Origin: Phoronis australis
Taxonomy: Eukaryota; Animalia; Phoronida
Direction of reading: 5' to 3'
NCBI GenBank assembly: GCA_002633005.1
Contig: NMRA01000225.1
Span: 49,284 to 113,283 of the forward strand
Length of the DNA stretch: 64,000 bases
Under the pieces are notes generated by a model. That model made no database searches. It was not told where the DNA came from and saw only the letters and a program-made list of their open reading frames with translations. The position numbers and the translations under genes were made by a program. The stretch's first letter is position 1. Every line of letters starts with the position of its first letter. Positions 50,850 through 63,171 of this stretch are shown here, one piece after another.

Positions 50850-53675
50850 CTTTCCCACTAAATGAGATAACATCAAACCCTAATAATCAGGGAAGTGACT
50901 AGGTTTTCACAGATTGAACAAGATCCTGTTTATCCACCTGGGCTGTATAGCGCTCGGCTCACAATGAAAGGGTCCGGACTAGCTGCTCTGCTCATCGAAT
51001 CACCAGCTAGGATAATTGGCTTTGCTCACGGCATGCGGATACGATCAGCTAATAACAATCTAGCCTAGATGACTAGAGTTTTTATGGAGAGTGTCTTGCG
51101 TATTTTAGACTGCAATATTTGAACAATGGATCGAAAAAACGTCGGTACAACTTTGGATTTTCCAAATCGGCTTAGGGTAAGTGATTCTGCAATGCAACAA
51201 CACTCCCTATTATTTTCATTTGGCACCCATGAATACAAAAAGTAGGAGCCGCGTTAGGATTTTAGTATAGATGTTGACCTACTTGTTGGAGTATTTTGAT
51301 TTTGGACAACATGCATTGTAATACTCAAGTTAGTTTATTTTTATAGTAGCTATTATAAGCTCAAAAATGAAATCATTTGGTCTAAATTTGCGCATTTATT
51401 GTCATCCTGTCAAATCCGAAATTTCAGAGATGTGACTCAGTGCGAGTGCACACTTGAATACAAAACCGCGGGAAGTATTGTTGATTCATTTCTGGCATGC
51501 AGCAATCATTAATAAACTTTAGTATGCCGTTATTATTGACAGGAACACGTTGAAACGAATTTGGGTTTTAATGAGTGTTCATACATCTAACTGGCTTGCT
51601 AGGTAGCACTATGTGTTTAGCTTTGTTAGACCCCGAAATTCCACACAGCCTTGGTAGTTCTGCTCATCACCTCGTTAAACGTACGTATGTAGAGCATATA
51701 GGACCATAATGTTCGTATTGCTCCCACATAGGGCTAACGACTGGCGGGAGTGCATGCAAAATCTGGGAGTCAACCGGCACTCACCTTGCCCGTTACAATC
51801 CAATAAACGTCATTTTGTTGCATAACTCTGCGCCTTTTTTAACAAAGAAAAGTTCGTCGTTTTAAAAGCAGTTCGCTCGTGACACGGGCACGCACTATTT
51901 CCTAAATTTTTGTGACATCTCGTGGGAGAGGATGACAGCTTCATAGCAGCAAATTTTGTTTTAAAATACGGATAGCTTGTATTATACTAAAAACTTGTTA
52001 TGAAATGATACTAGTTCCAATAATTTGTATGCAACTTTGTGGAAGAAGAGCTGCAGTTGATTGAGGAATCGACGAATAAATAAAGTGACCTATAGCTAAT
52101 GCAATACTTGACAGCGCCGAAAGCCGATGCAAAAGATTGCACAATAATTAGCAGCAGAATAATGGTTGAATGCCAATTTTTCCAACACAGCAGTAAAAAA
52201 TTTAGTTTACTCGAGGAAGAGTGTAGTTTTTGAGACACTAAATTTGTATCACATTTCTTGGTTAGTTTTTTACCCATATCGGCGCAAAACTGGGGTTTGG
52301 CCGATTCAACTAGACCGTATTTATCCATCTAGGCTGTGTCGCACTCAGCTCACGATGAACGGGAACCCCCCTAGCTGCTGCATTCATCGAGTCACGAGCG
52401 ACGATAATTGGCTTCGCTCATGCGGATACGATCAGCTGATTAAAATTTAGCCTAGATGACTCTACTTTTTATTGGTACAACTTTGAATTTTTCAAATCGG
52501 TCCAGAATAAGAGATTTAGCAACTCAGCAACACGATTACTTTCATTCGACGCACACGAATACAAAAATATAGGACCCAACTTATTTAGATTTTGGAACAC
52601 ATGCATTGCAATATTCAAATTACAAGCTGTAAAACGACGTTGTTTAATTTCATTCATTGTCATCCGTCTAATCGGAAATTTCCGAGTTGTGATCAGCGCG
52701 CAGCGGCGTGTGCGTATGTATACAAAACACGTGATTGTTATGTTCCTGAAGTACAAACATTAAGAAACTTTAGCATGCCTTTATTATTGACAGGGACACG
52801 ATAAAACGAATTTGGATTTTGACGATAGTCTTGATACAGCAAGTTGGCTGACTATCGTCAGTGTCTCCGTTAGACCCAGAAATTTCACACAGCCCGGGTC
52901 TAGCTCACCGCGTCACCTCGTCACCTTGTCCCCAACATGTATATCGAGCCTAGGAATTTTAATGTTTTGCTGATGGTAGATCTAACGACCGTCGGCATGT
53001 GCACTCAAAATCTGTGAGTTAACCGCCACTCACCTTGCACGTTGCAGCCGTTTAAGTGGAAAACAATCTAATAAACACAATTTTCTTGCATAATCCTCCG
53101 CCTTTTGTAACAAAAAATTCTGTCGTCGATGACCCGCACGCGCTTGCTCACTCACTCTCATACACAGTCGAACTTCAAAACAAACGTCACGTGACAACAA
53201 CGTGTGTGTTCATCCAGAGATTATCTCGTGTTGTGGGTTACGATGTAGTGCAGATTTGGACTTAATCGCAATTAATCTGGACTGCACGTGAACTTAAAAA
53301 ATTGTAAAACATAAGGAGGATTTCAGGTAATTTGTTGAATCGAAACTGTATTTTTATTCAGGTTTTCGCACTGGGATTCCTGCACAATTTTTCGAAAAAT
53401 GATCGTAATTTAGCATCAGAGTTTGACAGCAATGCACCACAATTTTGTAGAAAGACTGTTATAGGCTACAATTACGTCACAGAGCGTAAATTAGATGGAT
53501 TCTAGTTACCGATTTTACCCGTTTCGGAAACCGGGTTTCAACTACCTTAGGCTACAATAAGCATCCCCTCCCCGTGAAATGAATTTTTCTAAGCGCCTGG
53601 GGCGTTTATGAGAGCCAATACAGTATACAGCTTTCCACCAAGACTAGGTGATGCTACGACATATTCTTTGTTGCT
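50850..53675 (+). mobile_element. Two tandem family B copies (diverged 50850-52270; 52270-53675 close to 10997-12530)
   Basis: Shared blocks such as gataattggcttcgctcatgcggata and tcaccttgcacgtt..agccgtttaag; ORF-track peptides at 10998/52166 and 11857/53056 are paralogous. Confidence 0.75.
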
Positions 53676-54914
53676 TGTACGGATTGTTGCCAATTTCTGC
53701 TTGTTTCCGTAGCATAATGATGGCGGAAATGAAAACATTGCAAATTTGAATTTTAATGTTTGCATAATCCAGAAAATCAGAGGTCCGCGAAAGACTAGCA
53801 AAAGATTCCACTCTTTCAAAATTGCCATGAAGGTATTAACTATTCCAAGCAGCATTTTTTAACTGGTTTTGGCTAATTATCATTTTATGGCCTGGTCATT
53901 CATTCAGCCAAAAGTAGTTAAATAGGTGGCTTATCATCCAATTATTCACCCATGCTGACTCACAATAGAAGCCTGATCAGAGTGAAAGTGGATAAATGTG
54001 GTGTTTCTTGTGGTAGTGGATGTGTTCAGGAAGTTACTATACGGCTTCAGGCTAGGAGATGCTGCAAGGTAATTATTGTTGCTTGTACGGATTGTTGCCA
54101 ATTTTTCTTTGTTTCCATCACTTATGAGGATGACAGAAATGAAAACGTTGCAATTAGAATTTTATTGTTTGCATAATCCAGAAAATCAGAGGTTGGTAAA
54201 TTAAGTTTTTGAAAACGATTTAGACGAAAGTCTAGCAAAAAATGCCCACTCTCTCAAAGTTGCCCTGGAGGTATTAGCTATTCCATGCCAGCATTATTTA
54301 ATTTGTTGTCACTTATTATCATTTGATGGCCTGTGTATCCATTCATCTAAAAGTAGTTCCAGAGGTGGCTTATCAGCCAACTGTGTAGGCATGCTGACTC
54401 ACAACAGAGGCCTGATCAGAGTAAAGGGGGATAAATAGGGTGTTCCTATAGTTTCCTGTTGTGGATTTGTTTGTGACATGTGACCTTTGTTTTCTTTCCC
54501 TTCAAAATGAATGGTTGAAATATCCGCACCTACTGAGTCAAACATGTAATTTCTATTTGAGAAATCGAAACTGATGGCCATTTTCAAATATCATGGTGTC
54601 GACATCTTAAAGGTAACTGGCTGTCTTCAATTCACTTCTATGATGTTGATTTAAGGAAGTGGTATTTCACAAAGTTTTTAAAAAAATTGTGGTCTTGCTG
54701 TCAAATTTTCTTTATGCTGTGATATTGAAATGATTCATGCGAAAAGTCCAATGGTGCAAATTGTCTGAATAAATTCAAAGAAATTACTTGGTCATGCAGA
54801 ATATCTTTCATGCTCTCAGTCTGGTGTTTGTTGTTGGTTTACATTGAATAAACCTTTAACCAATCACAATCTGAACTCTTGCTGATAAGTCCTGAATGTG
54901 CTTCCTTCTTCCAG

Positions 54915-55080
54915 CTCCACTAAGACCAAGAATTTGGTTGATATTGGTGGCTCCCCCTGTGTTGTATCCATGGTGTCAAATAATGAGATTGTCTGTGTCA
55001 CTGAAAAGAGGACGCCATCTGCTACAGGCTTCAGAACCAACGTGGTTGTTGAAAACACGGATGTTGGAAAGACTTGCAAG
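54915..55080 (+). CDS. PKHD1L1: PKHD1L1-like exon 20, last IPT/TIG (…VDIGGSPCVV…IVCVTE…GKTCK)
   Basis: cttccttcttccag acceptor, AAG|gttagt donor, phase 2 to 0. Confidence 0.9.
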
Positions 55081-55107
55081 GTTAGTCAAGTAGTAGATGT
55101 GACACTT

Positions 55108-55290
55108 GCATCCCTCACTGCCTCTCTCTCTGCTTCCCTCTCTCTCTCTCTCCATTCGTCCCTCTCTCCATCCCTCCTTCTCTCCATCCCTCCCTCTCTA
55201 CATCCCTCTCTCTCTCCATCCTCCCTCTCTCAATCCCTCCCTCTCTCCATCCCCTCCCTCTCTCCAACCTCTCCTCAGTTTCTCCTATTC
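55108..55290. repeat. CT-rich low-complexity tract
   Basis: Degenerate (CCCTCT/CTCCAT)n; causes the spurious S/L/P-rich ORF extensions. Confidence 0.9.
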
Positions 55291-55849
55291 CTGTCCTGCA
55301 ACGGGAAGACATTATGTACAAACACAATGGCTACACATTATATCATTTATTACAAGTATCCAAGGCTATTGGTCCAAAGTGTAATTACAGAGATTGAACT
55401 TATAATGACCAGGGAGGCTCAAACATTTCTGTACGTAATGATGATCTGTTACAAAATGAATCATATGGTAAATAAAACTAGTGATACATTTGTCAGGTTT
55501 TTTGTTAAACTAATAAATTTGTTGACACTGCTCCAATATTTTTCCAGCATAAATCTAACTCTCAAAGATGTATTTGCATGCTTGCCTTCTAATTATGTTG
55601 ATGTGTAGGAGGAGCTAACTGACAAATGCTGAACATCATCTTCATTAAGCAAAGTGCAGGCGTATTCATTGACAACTTAATGTTAAAACAAAATAGGTGA
55701 CCTTTGCACTAATGATGTAACTTGGAGGCTAACATAGCCCGCATCATGCAGTGTTATTCCGCAACACCACGTCATGGTACTTACTGGACGTGGTTGAGTG
55801 ACTTACGGCAGATCAGTTTCGACACAAAACTCATTCTTAAAAACATTTG

Positions 55850-56660
55850 AAAATTTTCAACCTACTTCATATTCACACCGTCGCTATATGTTGTGTTTCT
55901 ATCTAGTTTGACTTAGCGATCACAGAGATAAAAAATTAGCATGCAAGTTCCACTTTGAATCACGAAATGCTGGGCATACAAGTATTAAATGATATCTTCG
56001 ATGTTATTTGGACAGAAAAGACACGCTCCCAGAACAGGTAACAGGTGTCAGTTTCTGACAGTCAAGTCATGAAGTGCCCAAATCACGTCAATTATTGTGA
56101 ATTTTCTAGACAAACCCATTCAAATCTTCTCTAATTTAAATTGAGAAAAGTATCTTAACTTAGAATTATAATCAACGTCGCTCTGCCAAACCTATATATA
56201 ACAATTAATGGCACGTTGGGAAAAACATGAATAAAGGTTGTCTCACAGGCAACACCTTGGTTCAACCAGACACCACAAATACGATATTTACCGAGAAGTT
56301 TTTTAACTGCTGACGCTCGTTTATAGCCACACGTTCCATTGCAATCCAAATTAAACATTAAATCGTGGGATGCTCTTTTATATCTCTGTTATTGATTGCA
56401 TCTCCAAAATTTTGAGCCATTGCTTAATACATTAAATGTAATAATAAACAATGGGTAGCGAGCACATTCGCTTAACATTACATAATTTGAACATGTGGAT
56501 CCTACACCCAGGACCATTTTAATTACAAAATTTAATGTGAACACATTCAATGCACTGTCTCATACAGTACTTATCAAGCTCCCACATTTCTGCACCACAG
56601 CTCAAGGTCGGATATACCGTTTTATCAATGTCAAATAGGTCAAATAACAAAGACAACTAT
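55850..56660 (-). mobile_element. Old degenerate LINE 3' fragment of the same type as 46015-47286
   Basis: Frameshifted minus-strand pieces DKTVYPTLSCGAEMW, ASAVKKLLGKY…VWLNQGV and CLFCPNNIED/HLILVCPAFRD parallel the young copy. Confidence 0.7.
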
Positions 56661-57839
56661 TCATTATGTCTGCCTCATCTGGATTATAATTGTTTTGACT
56701 AAGTATGTGTAACGTGAATTATTATTTGAGAATTGTTAATTAGTTCAAGAGTGTGGGCATTTCATTAATTTACCCAGATAAGTCTCGTGTGGCAAAAATT
56801 TGTCCGCATTAGGCATGAACCCGACAGAATTTGCTATTGATTATACTTCACTTTATACTTTATCTGTAGATGGGGTTGACATAGAGAGTGTAAGAACGTC
56901 ATGAATGTGCATGGTCTTACCTCAAATCAAATGCTTTCCTCAACCAAAGATGTCCTCAAAGAAAAATATTGGTCAAGGGGTGTTTAAAACAAGTACTAAT
57001 TGGGTTGTAATGAAATAACATCCACCATTGTGTATGAAAGGTTCAGGGAAATCTGTATCAAATTATTCGAGCTTAACATGGGGAGTTTGCTCGTATGATG
57101 CAAACTCATGTACAGCATCACAACCTTTATCTCTGTCCCTGTCTCCCCCTCTCTCTCTCTCCCCGAGGTTTTCATGACATGTGTGCCTTCTGCGTTCTCT
57201 TGTTTCTATGGAAAAGTACATCTATCAGCCCAATTTTAAAAAATGTTTCTGTGGAATCCAGGTGTTTTCGGATGTGCTGAGGGTTGAGAGAGCTTAATCT
57301 CGTGATACTCACCGATAGTTGCCACAGTTAAGGATGAACCAAATCAAAACTAGCACTTTTTTGTATGTTTCCAAGACCATTTGAAGTGTACTAGATAATT
57401 ATTATTTTCATTTCTTTGTGTTTAAATGGCTAATGACAGCACATGCCCTTTTTCAGTGTTCAAATTAGGTGTAATGCATTTTTGCAACAATCAAACAGAC
57501 GTGTGTTGAAGGTCATCTGGATGCCTATGTTTGTTAAAATGGCATCTAACCTGTGTTTTGTGCATAAAAGTTTTGATTTGGGGCACTTACTATAAAATTG
57601 GTATTATCTTGTTTTTTACTACTACTAACAGTAAATGCTTCAAGAGGTGCTCGTTGTTTCTTGAGACCTGAAAAATAGTTTTACCACCATCATGTTTAGA
57701 CATTAGACAATTTTGTGTGTGGCTGTTACTTTAATACTAAAAACATGTGGTTGAATTCATACATTTTTTCAATTTTTGCTTATGCCAGTCCAGACATTTT
57801 AGTCAGTTGAAGGTTGCGTACATTGGGTACATGATGTTG

Positions 57840-60800
57840 TTCATAACGCGAAGTTGTCGTGAGGACTCGATTGGGACCTCAGGGGTCTCACGCTCCACCG
57901 GCTAAATTGAAAAGGCTTTGTCCAGTCACGCGTTGTGGGTCATAAATCGAGATAATGATACCAACAGCTGACGCGACAAGCAGAACTACTTTCTTTTACT
58001 TCATTTGTGCACTAACTGGAGAAATTTAGAATTAGACTTTTAAACACTATCCGATCGTCAACTTTTTTTGGGAGACTTAAATCTCAATGTAGTTTGCGCA
58101 AAGACGATGTGCAATTTTTGGAGGTGTATTGACGATGATCAACGTTAAAACGGAGAGTAAATAAGTGCGTAATTGATCATCCAATCGGTAGTTTTGCGAG
58201 AAAGCGACGACCTTGCCGAAATTGAATAACGGAAACCCTTGAAAATCATTATAAGCGAGAAAGAGAAAACAAATATTTTCTGACGTTTAGGCTCATTAAC
58301 TTTGAGTAAACGAAACGTCGCAAATATGTTCCGTCTTCTCTTGCGCGCTCAGTGTTATGGCTAAAAATCGAGTTAGGAAACATCTAGACTAAAATCTTGA
58401 TGGTATCTTATTTTGCCAGCGACCATACACGGTATAAAAATGAATGAAAAGCTGAATTAGGCAAAACTTGACTTGCTGGAATTCTCGTCAAGGAACGCAT
58501 AAATATCACCATCATCTTCATGTCAAAATTACCAACTAAAACTCGAGGGGGAGGGCACGAACCTTACATCCTGGTACGCGTTTTCGTTAACGAACTTCAA
58601 AAAATAGAGCATGGAGGAGTGTTTGAAAGAGCCAAAATCCATCCAAGTCGAAGTGGCCATAACGGAGCGATATGGAGATTTAAAATGACGTGATTTATCC
58701 ATTTTTTCAGTTGCTGTGTACCTAAATGAACTGGCACAGAAAAAATGACTTAGGCCTACAGTACGATTTTCTGAAACGTACCTCAGCGAAATCGTCAAAG
58801 AAAAAAGCGCCACTTGCCACCTAAAACGGACAAAAACAACCAAAGCGCGCAACGCGTCGCTTACCTGAAAAAGTAACTCTTTCACTTGTTGTTTGTGGTT
58901 AAACATGTGATGTGTACCCATATTTTTGGTCGTGGCACCCTACAACGGGCTACTACTTCAAATGACACGTATATATTGTCGATGTCAAAATTTAACTGCC
59001 CCACCGGTTCCCAGGGTTTCATGTTTTGTAATTTAAAATGATTGCATAAACTTAGGAATAAATGCGAATTACAGGCACTGCGTTCACAAAGAGTAAGAAA
59101 ACAAAAACCCAGCGGCATACGATCACCTCGCTTTAACAATGCATTGTGCGCATTCCACATAACTAGTAGGCCACTCTTCAGATTAGTGCTTGGGCAATGA
59201 AAATAAGTGTAAGATTTCGGAAGAGTGTAATATATATTGTACATGAGAATTTCAAACGTTAACATGACTAGTTGTTCATACTATGGGAAAAGCAATAAGG
59301 GACACAGGCACTAGCGATGATAAACTCTTCAGTATAAATATTACATTTCACAGGATGAGCAAAACATGCACTAAGCACTGTTGAGATAACCTACCGAAAT
59401 CTTTTTAACTAACAATTATAAACTCTGCAATATAAACAATACACTTTATACAATGAACATGTAACAAATATACACACCCAAATAGTGTTACATGCAATCC
59501 CTGATGAGATCATCCATAAGTATGAATCCCTCCATGTAAACAATAACTCACATGGTGAGCAAAATATTTAAAGTGGGACTTAACTACAACATAGAAACCT
59601 TCAAAATTTGTGTCATAGCAGTACAAGGTTCTACTACTTGACAAAACACCATAAGTGATATAACTGCTGAGATCACTACCTTCACGAGGAAAAGTTATCA
59701 ATATAATAATATGAAACATGGGTTTGAGCAAAGTACCGGTAGGTGCACAATACTGCTATCCCTGGTGGAACCAGTCACTGAAAACCGCAATAAATTGCAC
59801 ACCTCACAAGATGACAATAATATGTATACAAGAATTTGCTTTTCAAGATAACCATGTGGAAATGACAGGGTCATTGCAGAACTTGGTAAAAAATCTGCAT
59901 TTCAGCCTAAAAAACAACCATTTTCAAAACCACACCAGGAGTCACTGAATAAAAATACTAAAAAAGACAGTATGTAATTCATTTCTTGGGATGCAAACAA
60001 TAACTATCCTAAACTGAAAAGATCAGTCATCCAAGGCTTGAAGAATATTCAAAATAGATACACTGGTTAAGCAATAAACTAGTAACAACAATAACGGAGA
60101 CATGTCGCAATAAATACATCCCTAGTTTTATAGGAGTAAAACTAGCATTTCAAGCTCAACAATGCCCATACAACACAAGCAGCTTACACATTTCCATAAC
60201 CACACAGGCAATACTGGTGTGGTACATGAATGAGGTGCACACACTATGCATTCATACACATGTGAGTAGGACATTCTCACTGACCACAATGGTCAACAAA
60301 GCTGCATGCAGAATACTACCCTGCTGGCATCTCAAAGCATTTGATATACATAGAACATTGGAAATGAGTGGAGGGCACACTAATAAATGCTCTGGTGGGG
60401 CCCTTAAATCCAGTAAGGTCATACGCTGTTCAGCAAAAAAAAAACAGCTTTTCAAACAAATTTCCAAACACAGTACAACACTTTCAAACACGATTAAGTG
60501 CCAAAAATACCGGAATTGATACCTGGGCCCTGTCATTGATCTTTTTACAGGAATTGGAACTCGAAATTACGTTTGGAATTTTGTACTCTACTTTTGTGCG
60601 AACTTAAGACAGGTGGCTATTATCCTATGCTCCTATTAGTGTTAGTTTACAGTTGATAAACCCAAGAAGAATCCAGTACAATAAACTGGTATGTTATGAA
60701 ATCCATTCTAGTTACTTCACGAAAAATAAGCAGAGCTTGGAATGAGCAATAACAAAAACAGCGGAGAAATTTCCAGCTGATGTATGATACACAAAAAATA

Positions 60801-62943
60801 GGTTTGGGTGATAGACATTTTTGGATGTAAAATTTACCTGAACTAAACATTTAATGAAGTCGAAAAAATCATAAAAAGAGGAAACTGGAAATCCAATCAG
60901 AGAAAATCGACACCAAAAAAGGAATTCCTCTTAAAAGACGGAAATCCCAAGCCCTGATCAAGTCTGTATTCTCCAGGCTTCAACGTGTACATAAATGCAA
61001 CTGTCAAGCGGTATACCTTCTTGAAATTGTCACGGCAAGCTCTCTGAAATGTAAACAGTCACAGTTTTGGTGGTGTGATTTTAAAACTTCTGGTGCTGAT
61101 GACCTTGTGCACGTGCAGTAGTGTACCACAGCTTACACTCATGTAGTCAGAAGGTCACATCACTGTTTGGAAGGGCATCATTTTTTAGAGGGATTGTTGA
61201 GTGTTGCTCAATGCTCAGGACTCAGGAGTTTTGGGAAGCAGTTGAACGAATTAGAAACCAACGATGAAAACATTCATGAAAAGAAACCAAACCCCATAAA
61301 ACGCTTTAATGAGTGGTTCGAAAAAGAGGAGATAAAAGTACATGTGCACTGTCAAGCAAGAGCTGCATGATAGTAAGAAAAGGTTCAACAAGTGAAATAC
61401 AGTTTACTCACTGGTAAATATTAAACTAAGCAATCAGGGTGTAGACTGGACTGGATTATTTTGTAAACAAAAGTCAAGAGTGAACAATAGGGCCAGGTGT
61501 GCAGGACTAAGGGTTAAGCTAGTACTGGTATGCAGAATACAATGGCTTATCAATATATTATGTCATCAAATTCAGTCAACAGAGAGTGCACTATGGCAAG
61601 GGGGTTGGGGGGATCTACAGAAAACAATGAAATGAAACATAAACAAATGTAAAGAAATGAGAACAAGGTAACAAAGACACGGCTGAAGATTGCTGTCTCC
61701 ACCTCTTATTAATAAAACTTAAATGGTAATTTAAAACAATGGCTTGACATTATTTCATTTGCGAACACCATTCCAAAAATTCTGGATCTGCCACTGGCAT
61801 TGAAAATCCCGGAATACCAATTCAATCCGACAACATCGGACTTGTTACAGTAAATCTACTTCACAAAGAACAAACACAACATTGAAGGCACCATGGTATA
61901 TTCGCTCAGACGTTTATCTTTCACTAAGTAACAATGTTTCTCTGACTTTAAATGTGGTAGATGTACATAGTCTGTAATTTCATGAACACAAAATCCCACG
62001 CAAACACGGTATACTTTATCTATACAGCCAACAGCATCATGCGAGCATAAGGGATGACAAAAAAATACTTACGTTTTTCTTCACCAGGTCCAGGTACCGA
62101 GCCCGACGTAGTCGATCGGCTCAGCCTCTCACGAATCACGGCTCGACGAGCTGGTCAAACTCAGACGGCCATCCAGGAAAACCGACGTGAATTCCCAGCG
62201 CTGTCATTTACTCCCCGCTCAATTGCTTCCTTCCAATGGCCGTTTTCGTCAACTGCCTGCATTTTCTGTCCATCTTCCATTTTGAAACGGCTACTTTTGA
62301 ATTGAGAGCAAAAACAACAACACAGCCATCCTCACGTGTTGGCCGGACTCACTACTCACCACCATGCGCGAGTTAGGTCCTTATAGACATGTTCACCAAA
62401 ATGAAACTGCTGTTTTCTTGTTAAAATATAGAGTACGATTTTACTTACATTTTGATAATTTACCATGCAAATAGTTTAAAAATGACAATTATAAGTCGAT
62501 TTTGACGTCTTCCTTTGTTGACAGTGAAACCGCATTACCGCGTAGTAATCTTGTGTGACGATTCTCTGAGTGTGCAGGGCTAGCCTGGACTGAAAGTGAA
62601 ATATCTCGGCCAAAACTTCATCGATTTTCGTGGGAGAAAAACGCTTGTTTTCAGAATTTTACGAGGAATTTGTTGATGAATCTTTTACATGTTATTGAAA
62701 AAGGCGAAAATACAAACACGCGAGTCATATTTCTTCAGGCAGCCCTTAGCGGCTTCACGGGCAATAAAATGTAATCGACCGAATAGATTCGTCGACCACA
62801 GATTTACCCTGTGGTTTTTCCGCTTGATCCCAGACCGCCCCGAGTTGCTCCAGCATCCATCTCGGGGCGGTCTCTCACGAGGGTTTAGCGTTATGGATCA
62901 AAATCTAAAATCCGTCTTTTGCTATTCATTTCTTATTGTTTAA
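57840..62943 (-). mobile_element. Putative ~5-kb DNA element with inverted terminal motifs, hairpins and decayed spliced cargo
   Basis: CATAACGC..AA….TCGTGAG at 57842 and its inverse near 62875-62896; perfect 13-bp stem AGACCGCCCCGAG/CTCGGGGCGGTCT (62832-62873); CpG-rich ends; no TSD. Confidence 0.35.
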
Positions 62944-62999
62944 TCTCTCAGTAATACTAACCTGTGAATACTGTACAGTGTGCTGTAAACATTTTACAG

Positions 63000-63171
63000 A
63001 ACGACAAAACAGTATACTTGTACATAGACCGTTGGAGTTCACCCTTCACGTGGGGTGCAGCCAATGCTAGCCTGCCACAGAAAGATGACATTGTGGTCAT
63101 CCCATCAGGTCAAGTGGTCATTCTGGACAATGGAACTGTCACACCTGTCCTGAAGGTTCTGGTTATTGAAG
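63000..63171 (+). CDS. PKHD1L1: PKHD1L1-like exon 21, start of G8 domain (YIDRWSSPFTWG…VVIPSGQVVILD…LKVLVIEG)
   Basis: ttttacag acceptor, G|gtgggt donor, phase 0 to 1; WS...TW / P / V.I..G..V.LD G8 signature. Confidence 0.93.

Larger units (their letters stand above)
838..63171 (+). other. PKHD1L1: Fibrocystin-L (PKHD1L1)-like gene, internal portion: 21 exons encoding 11 IPT/TIG repeats, a cupredoxin-like insert and the start of a G8 domain
   Basis: All 21 exons have AG/GT boundaries with compatible phases and give one open frame. Motifs GDFLRT..Q/V..LVNGLPTKCSGDCSF, repeated P..GS..GGT.ITITG.GF, GY.W.P.....GD.V.W.W and YIDRWSS..TWG occur in the same order as in PKHD1L1. Orthologue versus paralogue cannot be settled without a search. 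Confidence 0.9.

Noticed and set aside
55081-55608. Extension of ORF 54898-55608 (236 aa) and overlapping S/L/P- or E/R/G-rich ORFs
   Set aside because: Read-through past the donor at 55080 into a CT-rich simple repeat.
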